Below the pieces are notes generated by a model. It ran no database searches. It was not told the DNA's origin and saw only the letters and a list, made by a program, of their open reading frames with translations. From Fimbriosthenelais zetlandica (lineage: Eukaryota): a DNA stretch of 64,000 bases. The translations under genes were made by a program, and so were the position numbers. The stretch spans positions 22,382,001 to 22,446,000 of the forward strand of contig OZ365114.1 in assembly GCA_977030845.1 (NCBI GenBank). The letters run 5' to 3'. Shown here in pieces: positions 22,901-33,739 of this stretch (positions within the stretch are counted from its first letter, which is position 1; each line of letters opens with the position of its first letter).

Positions 22901-25020
22901 TTGATTACAAAAATTAACACAATACCGATGCGTTCATTCATTGTTTCATTTTAAAATACAATGTATTAAAGAAAGTGGATTCATATCCACGGCAGTTGAA
23001 TGATATGGAGAAAGAAGAATCTATATACCTACCTCGGACGTACTTTGTCCGCTAATGTTTCAAGAAAATCTTTTACGTTTTCTGAAAAGCGATCATGGGT
23101 AGAAATTCGTATTAGTTACACTCTGGCTAAAAATAAGCGGAGAAGACAGAGGTGAATATACTGTGGTACAGACCTGGGTTGTCAGCTAGTGTACCTCTGA
23201 GAGCACGGTGAGCGTAGGTAGGAAAGCCAACTAATTCAGCCAGGGTGTGTCTCTGCTCCAACAACGACTCCAACAAACGCTGCTGTTGAGGATTACAATA
23301 CAGGTACAGACGATAGGCGGCCTCTCTTACCTAGACAATAGAACAGTTAAAGTATTTAATGTTTATAATGAGAAGAATCCACACCCCACCATTCCCTGCA
23401 ACACATTCATTTTTCTATAGATTACTTTTATTATTGTTTGATTGGAATAAGGAATCAACTCACTGGGTCCCTTGGATGTTCTGAAAATAGTCCAGTGATC
23501 ATGATACTGTCGCCATTATCAGAGAAACTAAAAGGATCGAAAAGAAAGTAAAAATCAGGTTCACCGATAAACTAGACCAATCAAATATTATTCTCAGATT
23601 AGTAATTATTGCTGCTTACAAGATCTAGGACTAACGAAAAAATAGATTGACGCACCAGTTCTTTAGGTCCTCTGGTATATTTTTCCGGTCTACGTGTACA
23701 TGCTGCTGAGAGCCATGTTGGAAATAATTACCTAACATGAGGATATTCTCATTCAATTCGACAAACGCTTGGCGCTGAAAAAAAATTAAAGAAAATCTTA
23801 TATTAACAATGCTGTAAAAATGAAATTTATGTAGGTTTCGCCAATATATTCTTGCTTTATCCCTGGATTATTAGTTGTTTTTTTATAATTTTTAATATCA
23901 ACATTTTCTTTTGATGATAAACAATTAAATCACTTATAGGCTACCAGGGGTACATCTTTTTGAATATTATTTGAAAAAACTAAATATTAAGATTAGGTAA
24001 ATGATCTCTCACCTTCTTTTCTTCTAAATGTATTCCACACTGCTCGAAGTCAAACATGAATAGTTCAGCTAATCTTTTGTCCAGAACGCTGGTTTCCTGG
24101 GTATCACCATTATCTATCACATTCCGTAAGGCACGGTGGATGTCTACATTAGTATTTAACCTGAGGATGAGATTAATGTACAGGAATGTAACTCAGTAGA
24201 GGTTCAAGTCCGCAAAGATGAATGGAAGGATATCAGAAATAGCCAGTGCTCTGTGAAAATATAATAATTCTGAAATTTACTTCTCCACAAGAGCGCTGAT
24301 CTTCATACACGCATCTTCAGCTGCCTGAGAATACTGACGATCGGGATGAGCCACACGGACAAAGTCCGCCTACAAGGACAAAAATCTTTCTCAAGTACGG
24401 TAACAAAAAGTCTCAATAGAATAAACAAAAAATATTAATTCAAAATACCGAGTCATAATTCTATTAAACTCGCTTGAAATGAGATTATCATATGAACATA
24501 TATATTTTTTTTCATTATTTGTACCCCGTACTTACCATATCTGCCACTTTACAGAGGCAATCAGAGAGTTCATCGAAGACCTGTACGAGTTTGCGCGTTC
24601 TGTTTTCACTTGTGGCTTCAGCAACAAGGGATTCAGCCTCAAAAACAGCACTTTGTTGTAGGAGGTAAAATCCAGAGTAATCTACTAATTCCCCAATCCC
24701 GAAAAGACCCTGAAAGACGAAGAATACGGTATTGTAATTTAAAAATTATTAAAATATTATGAAAAGTTCAGTTATGTCAAAGTTATTATTTTAAAGAAAA
24801 AAAAAGAAAAAAAAACAATACAAAGGTAATCATAGAAACTTTTATAAAAAATATTTGATATATCACTCACCACGTTATCCCTGATCAGACTGAAGTTCAT
24901 CTTCCTCTCAGGTCGCTTATTAAAAGCCACTCCCAGTGGCGACAATGTCGAAACATGATGTCGAGGACGGTGGATGAGCATCAACAACCTCCTGGACAGT
25001 AACTTTGATTTACGTAACAT
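19999..25020 (-). CDS. MIPEP: Mitochondrial intermediate peptidase (M3 metallopeptidase), 18 coding exons, 689 aa
   Basis: Phase-consistent GT-AG exons: 25020-24871, 24709-24536, 24369-24281, 24160-24013, 23774-23656, 23527-23464, 23330-23174, 23081-23033, 22885-22828, 22646-22594, 22413-22260, 22071-21994, 21861-21738, 21553-21402, 21139-20906, 20530-20409, 20242-20169, 20069-19999 (total 2070 nt). The N-terminus is Arg-rich and presequence-like. Motifs include HEFGH (HEXXH), [23 protein letters not shown] and [14 protein letters not shown]. Confidence 0.96.
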
Positions 25021-25444
25021 CTTTGCTGTTATGATTGTAGTCTGCTAGAAATAACAGAGACAGAGATTTAGTTACAAAATATGTCATTCAGTGATTCAGG
25101 ACTCGGTATAGTCATAGATAATATAACACAATTTTAGGGATGGGGGTGAACGAATACACAGGAGTTAGCAGAGGACTAACTACGTAGGTCTACGTTAAGT
25201 TCAAGGCCATGCGACTATGCCTATAGCCTAGGCCATAAATGATATGGCCAAAGCAAGGGCAAGGTAAAAAGAGGTTTTTTTTGACATTTAACTAGTACTT
25301 GGGAAGAATTTCACTTGCAAACTTGCCTTGGGGATTTGTATCCACGTTTAGCACCCTACAGATATACTCCTACGGCCCAATGACGGACAATATAAGCGAA
25401 ATAACTTGGTTTTAAGTTCATTTTCCGACCAAAAGTTGACTTAC

Positions 25445-25737
25445 TCCGCCATATTGGATCTCATCGCAAACGAGACTTGGTACGAGATTGACTTACCCAG
25501 CAGAACCCCGAAATCGAAAATTACGACTGACTTGACGTTCAATAGTCCCGAAATAGACCATGAAAAAAATGTATTTATTTTAGCTCTTTGTAAACGTCAG
25601 AAATACACTCAAAATACCATTTACAACCGTCTTACATCAATAGTTTTTGCAATACTCCATAAAATTAATTCCATTGCGGCGGATTTCTTTTCTTAGACAT
25701 GTCCTGCAGACTATGATAAAATAGGAGTCGGGGGAAA
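25445..25737. promoter_or_regulatory. Bidirectional promoter region between MIPEP and FBXO45
   Basis: The genes diverge across ~290 bp. On the minus strand, ATATGGCGGA is followed by a GTAAGT donor (25439-25444), a likely MIPEP first exon. On the plus strand, AAAATGGCGGCC sits at the FBXO45 start. Both are YY1-like ATGGCGG motifs. Confidence 0.6.
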
Positions 25738-26887
25738 ATGGCGGCCGCCAGACTCCCGCATCATGTCTTGGAGGTTTTGTTCTCATATCTGGACATCGAC
25801 GACCTCAGGAATTGTTCTCTTGTTTGCAAAAACTGGTATAGATTCTTAAATGACGAAAACAATGACGTGTGGAGATTACATTGTGTGCGGAAACTTGCTG
25901 AAGAGGCGTTGAAATCTGACGTTTTGAGCAATGTCCCTACTTACAAGGCCAAACTCAGAGCATTTTACCACGCCTGGAACCCTAATGACTGTTCCCGGAA
26001 TATTTACATTAAAAATAATGGATTCACGTTACATCGAAATCCCGTTGCACAAAGTACAGACGGTTCACGGGGGAAAATGGGATTTCGGACGGGCCGGCAT
26101 TGCTGGGAGGTGTGGTGGGAGGGTCCACTGGGTACAGTGGCTGTGATCGGCATCGCCACCAAGGCCTCGCCGCTACAGTGTCACGGTTATGTGGCCTTGT
26201 TAGGAAGTGATGATCAAAGCTGGGGATGGAATCTCGTTGACAATCATCTATTACATAATGGGGACAGTCAGGGGAATTATCCATTGTTAAACAATGCTCC
26301 AAAATATCAGGTAATATTAATAATTATACGCCGGATTCATGTACCACAGCCCAGTCTATTTTGGCCATTGACACCCAATTCCAATACACAAAAATTAACT
26401 TTTATTGCGGTTTTAATAATATCGTGTTTAATTTTGATTGATGTCGATTTTATTGTGAACTGTATTATTTATTTTGGCCTAGATAATATCAGAATATACA
26501 TTTATACAGTGTAAATTTTTGTTACTGATTGTGTTTTTATTTTAAATGTATTTTGATCCATCTTTTCATTAAACTTTTCAGGTTGGGGAACGAATACGAG
26601 TTATCTTAGATTGTGAAGACAATACATTAGCCTTTGAAAAGAATTATGAATTTTTAGGTAAGTAACTAACGTTAGATCATGTCATTTGGACAGTATATTT
26701 TTCTTGTAAAAAAAGTGTATTTGTTAATGTTTGTTTTACTATAATTATAACAACTGTTTTATTTACCCGTCTTCTAGGTGTAGCATTCCGAGGATTACCA
26801 GATGTCAAGCTTTATCCGGCCGTCTCTGCCGTCTATGGAAATACAGAAGTAGCTATGGTTTACCTTGGCCAACCGTTAGATGGATAA
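25738..26887 (+). CDS. FBXO45: F-box/SPRY-domain protein 1 (FBXO45/Fsn/FSN-1), 3 exons, 252 aa
   Basis: Exons 25738-26310, 26582-26657, 26778-26887 (759 nt, GT-AG, in phase). It has an F-box ([21 protein letters not shown]) and a SPRY domain ([59 protein letters not shown]). Confidence 0.97.
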
Positions 26888-29800
26888 CACACTGTGTTTT
26901 TAGCAAATAATTGCCACTAGAAGGAACTCGCTGTGAACTTGTACATAGATATGTGTTAAAAGAAAAGGACTGATACTGATTGGATGATGGCAATGTTTTA
27001 ACCAAAAAAACTAATTAGTCTCGAAAACACTGCTTAACCCACCAAAGAGGCTTCTGTGAAGCTCACCACAGATACCTTCGTGAAAAAGTAACTGAAGAAC
27101 AAATGGAACTCTACTACATTGCGATATGTTACTAGAAGCTATGAAGGTCGCTGGAGTCGACTCCCTGGAGAAACATTTTCTCAAGTTATATCAAAAACTA
27201 ATGAGTGTACAACAGTATGTGTACATGGATGAAATCATGAGTTAAAATTTTATTTCTAATATATTAGCATCTTTTACATTTGTTCTGCTTTCATTGGGAT
27301 GAATTATTGTTTTAGTGGCAGCAGATTTCCCACCATTGTGGATAAAAAGGCTATGCGTCCATTTGTGCAACATGCTTACTACTGAGTATAGGCCTACTCC
27401 TGGGCTGGTTTAAATAGGTTTCATTTTTAAGTACAGAATCTTTATTCTATTGGGAAGTAACTCTAACTTGAGTATCACATGAATATTTTAGGTCAGTCTG
27501 CTTTAAAAAAATTCGTGAGAAAGGTGTGCAGGTTTTTCATTGATTCTTCCTGAGAATATCAGAAGAAAAAAATAAATTTCATTTGGCAATATTGCAAAAG
27601 CTTTAGTTGAAGATAAAATACCTAATCTGCAGTTTAGATGATTACAATAAAATTGTTGTATATTCAGCATGAATGAATCTGGTTCTAAAATATACTGCTA
27701 CATCTAAAGGTGGGTGGGCATGGGTAACACATCCAAGAAAAGTAGGTGAAGTGCAAAAGAAAATGCACCCTCGGATGTATTTATCCTCATTTATACAGTA
27801 TTCTTGTAGTGATGGATATGTGTACTCTCTCTTTGTGAACGCAAACAGACTCTTACCTCCTGATGACTTTAGATTGACAAAAAAGCGAAAACTGTATATA
27901 GAAATGTAAAAGTGGGGATTACTGAAATGAGCATACTAGTCCGATGAACTGGTCTCTGTACCAGAGCTTAAATTTAACATGGTCCTAACCTATAGATTTC
28001 CAATGTGCTTATGCGAACTGTTCATGGAAAAATACTTACATGTCTATAACTAGCCTGACACAATAGATTACGTGTATCTATTGTAGAGAGGTACCGGTAA
28101 AGCATCATATTGCTGCTTAAATATTCTTATCTGTCGGTGATGTATCAATGTATCAAATCAGGGAATATTAGGCTCCTGATTGACTTGTATATCACACTGT
28201 GGCCTTCCTCTCACTTGGGATATTACTATGATGTAGTAGACACCTCCCCTCGCCTGTCCTGCCCTCAACCCATCTCAGTCTAGTACTAAAGAAACAACCT
28301 TATACATGGAATCACATTCCCAACCTGTGTAACATCTGTGTGTACCGATATAAATAGACAAGCTGATTTTGGAATAATTTTCCATTCCTGGTAGTGAAGA
28401 GCTAGTAATTACAAATCATCATTCTCCCCTTTAAAAGATTGAAGCTTTGTACAAACTACTTTACTGTATACAACATACCTCTAGGAAGAAGAGTTGTACT
28501 TATAATTGTCTCTAGATGTTCCTCAGTATCTCGGCTATCCGTATGGGTTGAATCACCCAGTTAACTAAGATGTGCTGAATTGGAAAAACAAAAATGGTCT
28601 CATTTGCACAGATCTCATTTTCATCTCTTCAATTCATTTATCATAAAGATGTAACTCCTGAAACAGTTATAACAGAATGATGGTTTTGTGTGTATGTGCA
28701 TCTTTTCTGTCCAGTCAGTCGTTTAGGGTGACATAGTGTTTAGTTCAAATAGATTATAGTTTCCATTATTTGATGTCTATGTCATTTATGGATGTCTATG
28801 GATTAGGTTTCTCGTGAATCAAAATGGAGTAATGTACATCTCAGATGTCCAGACATGCATTTGTTACTGTCAAAAATATCAAGAGGCTGGTTTGGATTCC
28901 TAAAATGTTAGACAATAATTTGGCCTGAGACTGTAATTGGACTTGACAGTGTACTATATTCATCTGTGTAATGACTAGGCGTACCTATAATATCCTGTAG
29001 TAAGACCATGACAATAATGGGTTCTGTAGATAACATTGGGACCATTCCCGGTATCTGTATACATCAGTACATGTATGTAACAATGACTATCCAATAACCT
29101 ATCACATCTTAATAGCTGTAACCCCGGAATATTATTGTTCCCGTCGCTTTTTTTGAGAACAGAATACTCAAGGTAATGAGTTAATATTGAGTAAATATGT
29201 ACCTTCATTTTAAGATCGTTTTCTAAAGAACGAGGGTTTTAGCAAAAGCGAACAATGCAAAGTCTCTCCAAGGTTTCTCTGGTCAGATGATAGTAAACTG
29301 AATGTGTCTACTCAGTACAAGTGATGTACAGTGTTATATGGTTTTCACCAGGTGCTCTTGGGTGAAAATATAATCATTTTTGCTTTGCAAATTTAGCTGT
29401 AAATACTTCTTCCCCAATGATAACGGTTTACATTGTACTGATATTTGAACTGAAATATGTAGAATTTTATTGTGATACAGAATTCGATGTTGTCTCTCAA
29501 ATCTGTGTGTGTTTGTTGGATTGATCGGTCGGTTTGAATGTGATGCCATTATTTGCGTAATAGGTCAAAATTGTACAGTAGGTGTCAGAAAACGTTGGTC
29601 ATAAGTAAGGTTTTACAAGAGGGCTTTGTGTGTGCTGTGTTGGAAATCATGCTTCAATAGTGGGATTTTACTGCATCTTATCTATTGAGAATTTTGCATC
29701 GAGGATGGAATTTTAGCCTATGTTTTTGATGTTCATTAATTGTATGTATCATTATTTACTTCCTGCAATTGTTTCATGTCCAAAACATGTAAAATTTGTT

Positions 29801-30614
29801 GGAAGAAACGTTTTTGTTTCATGTTCTCTTATAATTATATGAAAATAGCACAATAACGGAATATTCCCTTGTTGGAAAGATTAAAACGGGTCAAAATGTA
29901 TTCTATGCCAAATAGCATTTCCATCTCTTACTATCTACAACCCTACTAATTGCTATAGATGTAAACCGTGGTTATGACGGAATAATTTTCGAATATTCAG
30001 ATTATCTTTACCAATTTTTCCTTAATTACTGAGCATTTCAAAAGCCCCTAAAACAATTTTTGCATTGTTTTATATGGATAGTTTCACGGATCATAGATAT
30101 TATGATATATGTAACGTTTTACATTTTTCTTCATGTATCAAACTTTGCATCGTAATAATGTTTCCTAGCAAAAAAATTTTCATCGCATTCTTCCTCTTCA
30201 TGCTTTCTTATTAAACAATCACAAGTAGGTTTATAATTTATAAATAAATACCGATGGGATTTAATTTTTTCAGAAATTTAGAAAATCACCTTGTACATGT
30301 GAACTTAAAATTTGTTAGTTTTTTTTAAAGCCAATAATCTCTAGGTATTAATGCTTACCACTATAGGTTAACAACTTGTACAATTGGTGAATGAAAGCTG
30401 CCCTTACCAATCACATTCAATGGTGCAGTAGTAAAATTCTCCCCCCTGTCCTTCCTGGGTGGTACTTAAAATGGAGATTGTTTTGTGAATCTGCAGTCAG
30501 TCTGTGCATGAAGAAATAAAAGTGGCGTATGATGGAAATAAATTTGCCTCAATTTTTTGTAAAGTCAGAACCCTGATAATTGATTTAAAGTTGGACAAAT
30601 ATAGGACAAAGATT

Positions 30615-32420
30615 GGAAATACATTTTAAGCTGTTTATTGCTTAACCGTGAGTTGTTGCCCGGATGATGAGTCATCACTACCTCAGCTAGACCTTCAATA
30701 GTCGAGCTGGAACATCTTCAGCTCGAGTCGCTCTCATGTCCGCCTCATGATCTCCATCCTTATGGCTATTCCCGCGTAGGAACTGCTACTGAAAGAGAAG
30801 TCAAAAATGAAAATCAAATTGAGACGGAGCAGTATTAGACAGATAATTCAATTCACAATTGATACCGAAAAACTGATCAGTTATCTGGAATATTGTTCTA
30901 GAGTATTTTAATAAAAAAGAAATACAGTGAAGTATCTTACCATGGTGTAGCTCATCGCTGACTTTGGATGATCAGACTCGATGAATTCTTGCTCATATAA
31001 TCTTTACACAGACCAGATTAATCAGACGATTCATCCTCCACAATCGAGGCGAGCTGAAAAGCCAGCAATCAGCAGTTAGTTTATAGTCAGTATCATGAGA
31101 ATGACACAGAGGTGCATGCAACACACATGTACCAGGAACATGATGCCAAACCATTCTCAATCAAGTCCAATCAAGGCATCAACTTCCTAAACTCTCAATG
31201 TTACAACTGGCTTTTACAAGACAACACATTAAAACTTGCTCAAATTAAATGTTAATTGGATGAGTTTGCTTAATGATTTTTTCAAAATCTGGTATCATGA
31301 CACCCGGTGGATTTGGTTCTAGAAATCTATAACAGCACGTATATATGATATATGTACATGATAGGGTTCTTGTTAGTTGGATATGACACTACATGATAGT
31401 GGCTAATTAGTGTAAAATGGGAAATAATAAAGTTACAAAACGAAGGCAGCTTGTCCAATACAAACCACAATGATAAACCATGCAAATGATAATCATTACT
31501 CGCTTATGCCTTCATTGAGGGGGTGAAAGCTTATATTATAGTTAATGGAAACATTTAATTTTTCTCATTATTATAGCAATACAACATGGAAACTAATGTA
31601 TTACCAGAAATATTTAAGAAAGGGAAAAAGAGACTTTGGTTTCTGGTAGAGAACATCTCCAGTGCTACTAGTATGGTTTTGTTTCACGTTAAAGGTTGCT
31701 AATGCCTATAGCCTAGGAGATTGTCAAGTGTTTGAATATAAGCTCTCATATATATTTGTTTTCTACCAGGAGCCTCAAGTCTGACCATTCTGTCAATGCT
31801 GAAGAATAGCATTGGTTAAGGTAGGTGTTAGACTATACTTTATCGTCTCAACATCCTAGCCATGGATGCCTTGAAAAATGGCAAGTTGGTACAAAAAAGC
31901 ATGCAAAAGTGGCCACCTCACAGACACTGAGAATTGTCTAATGCACTTCAGCCACATAACCCCCAAAAGGCCTGGACCCTCCAATAGAGAGATGTCTATG
32001 CATTCTGCCCTATGGAGGATTTGCCAGAGAGGCAATCAGACCTATTGGTACACAAATTGCCCTCAAGTTCTCATTTTCCCTTTGGGCTTTCGTCTCAACA
32101 TTACAGGACCCACGTTGATAATCCAGGAATTAAAAAAAAAACTTCTTACCGATAAGCAAGTCTTTTTTTAAATTTTCTCTCAACTTCCCCTTAAAAATGG
32201 ATGAACTGAGCGTGTGTTTGGCGGAGACTAGGCTTTTTCGCATGGCAGATTTTGGATCTAATGTCTAACTGCACTTCTTGGTCTCAGAGAGATAAGATTT
32301 CACCTGTACAGCATAGCGATATTCCTCCCCGGCCTGGGATCCAGCTTGCTAGTAAGTTCTTCACTTTCAAGGCGGCGTCATTCAGTTTTTCATTGTTCAT
32401 CTTCAGTCCGTCTACTTACC
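30615..32420 (-). other. Putative spliced, polyadenylated minus-strand exons with only short ORFs (non-coding unit or spliced distal 3' UTR of the RGG gene)
   Basis: Donors are ACAG|GTGAAA (exon end 32304) and CCTG|GTAAGT (32420). An internal exon at 31053-30941 has CTTTTCAG| and |GTAAGA. The terminal exon has the acceptor CTCTTTCAG|TAG|CAG at 30788 and AATAAA at 30639-30634. All three frames of the internal exon contain stops. Confidence 0.4.
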
Positions 32421-33739
32421 AGGACGATTATCTACTCGTTATTTTACAGTCAATCAGAAAAGGCAAAATCTATTCTGTACAATTCTTCTTCATTCAATTC
32501 TATCGATTTCTTTTTGATTATTCTCAAGTTCTTTGTATATCCTTTTGGCATATAAAGGATTTCTTGAAATACCTTGATATTTAAGTCAAAATAATATATC
32601 AAAAGAAATGTATCACATGTTATTTTTCACAAGTAATAAAGTTGAATGGTAGTTATATTCCCAGACTTATCCCTCATATATCCGTCAGTGCTGTAGAAGC
32701 ACGTTTAACTAGCAATACAATAACTGGCGCAATGCAATATCTTACATCTAGTATTTCCAATATTACAATCCTTTGACATCCTGGGCATGTATGAATCGAG
32801 TTTGGATATGGATTTCTGATATAATCTTTGAAATGAAAAACTAACTGGCTGCGCTTGATTCTTTCACTTGCTTTTCTGGCGCAATCAGAAGTGGCGACAA
32901 TACTAAATTTTCTTCACAATTTTTATTGCCTTTTTATAATCCAGACTAGGGGTACTAACTCTAGGCAGAAGGTTTTTATCTTAACATCTGATACAGTCAC
33001 AATCACAATACATGGTAATAAAGAAGGAAGTAAAATAGGATCTCGTCTTTTTGACTTTCGCCAGGTTTTGAACACATTGGTTTGTTCTATCAGTGGCATT
33101 CTCACTAAAACGAAGGCAAATTTATGTGTGTACTGTCTTAGATAAAAGCTCGTAGAAATAGTTACACGATACATAAGATTCCTAACAAGATATTTAGTTC
33201 CGTTCATGATAGCAAGGCGGCACACTTGATCAGTTCATAACATGAATACTGTAGCCACATTATATGGATTATTCCGCGCTCAAGTTCATGTCTCCTTATT
33301 TATAGTCATGCCTTATTTGGCTGCTGACACTAACACTTCTTATCCAGTGCCATTTTAAACTAAAATGATAAAATAAATACTAGAGTTCACGAGAGCTGAG
33401 TTACATAATTATCTGCTGCCTTCCCGATGAACAGCTATGAGAATAATTTGGGTTTCTCAGGTTGACACGAAAAGTTCTTCTGTATTAAAAATAAATATTA
33501 GAAGTGCAGGTACAAGCACAACATGAGTAATGTAACGCTATCAGCAATGTCCATCTGTTGTTCGCATTTAGCCAAATGTGCGGCCACTACGGCACCTAGT
33601 GCCTTTTAAGGCCCATCTACGTTTGGTCTTTCCAGTAAATGACTCATTGTCCTTGACTCTGGCTGTAGGGAATCAGCTACGTGGTAGCAGATACTTTATC
33701 TACCCATGTGGCACTAGCTAGCAGATAGTAGGCTTTAAT

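Noticed and set aside
23325-23333. AG|GTAAGA (recursive-splice-like) at the start of a MIPEP exon
   Set aside because: It encodes the conserved V-R of VREAAY and lies in a short-intron context; similar AG|GT starts occur at other exons here.
26311-26514. C-terminal part of the 258-aa ORF in the track
   Set aside because: Read-through into FBXO45 intron 1; the true C-terminus comes from exons 2 and 3.
32440-33230. AT-rich minus-strand frames ending …YRIDFAFSD, reminiscent of a decayed foreign Rep-like gene
   Set aside because: Several stops, a density not clearly below chance for AT-rich DNA, and a single weak motif.
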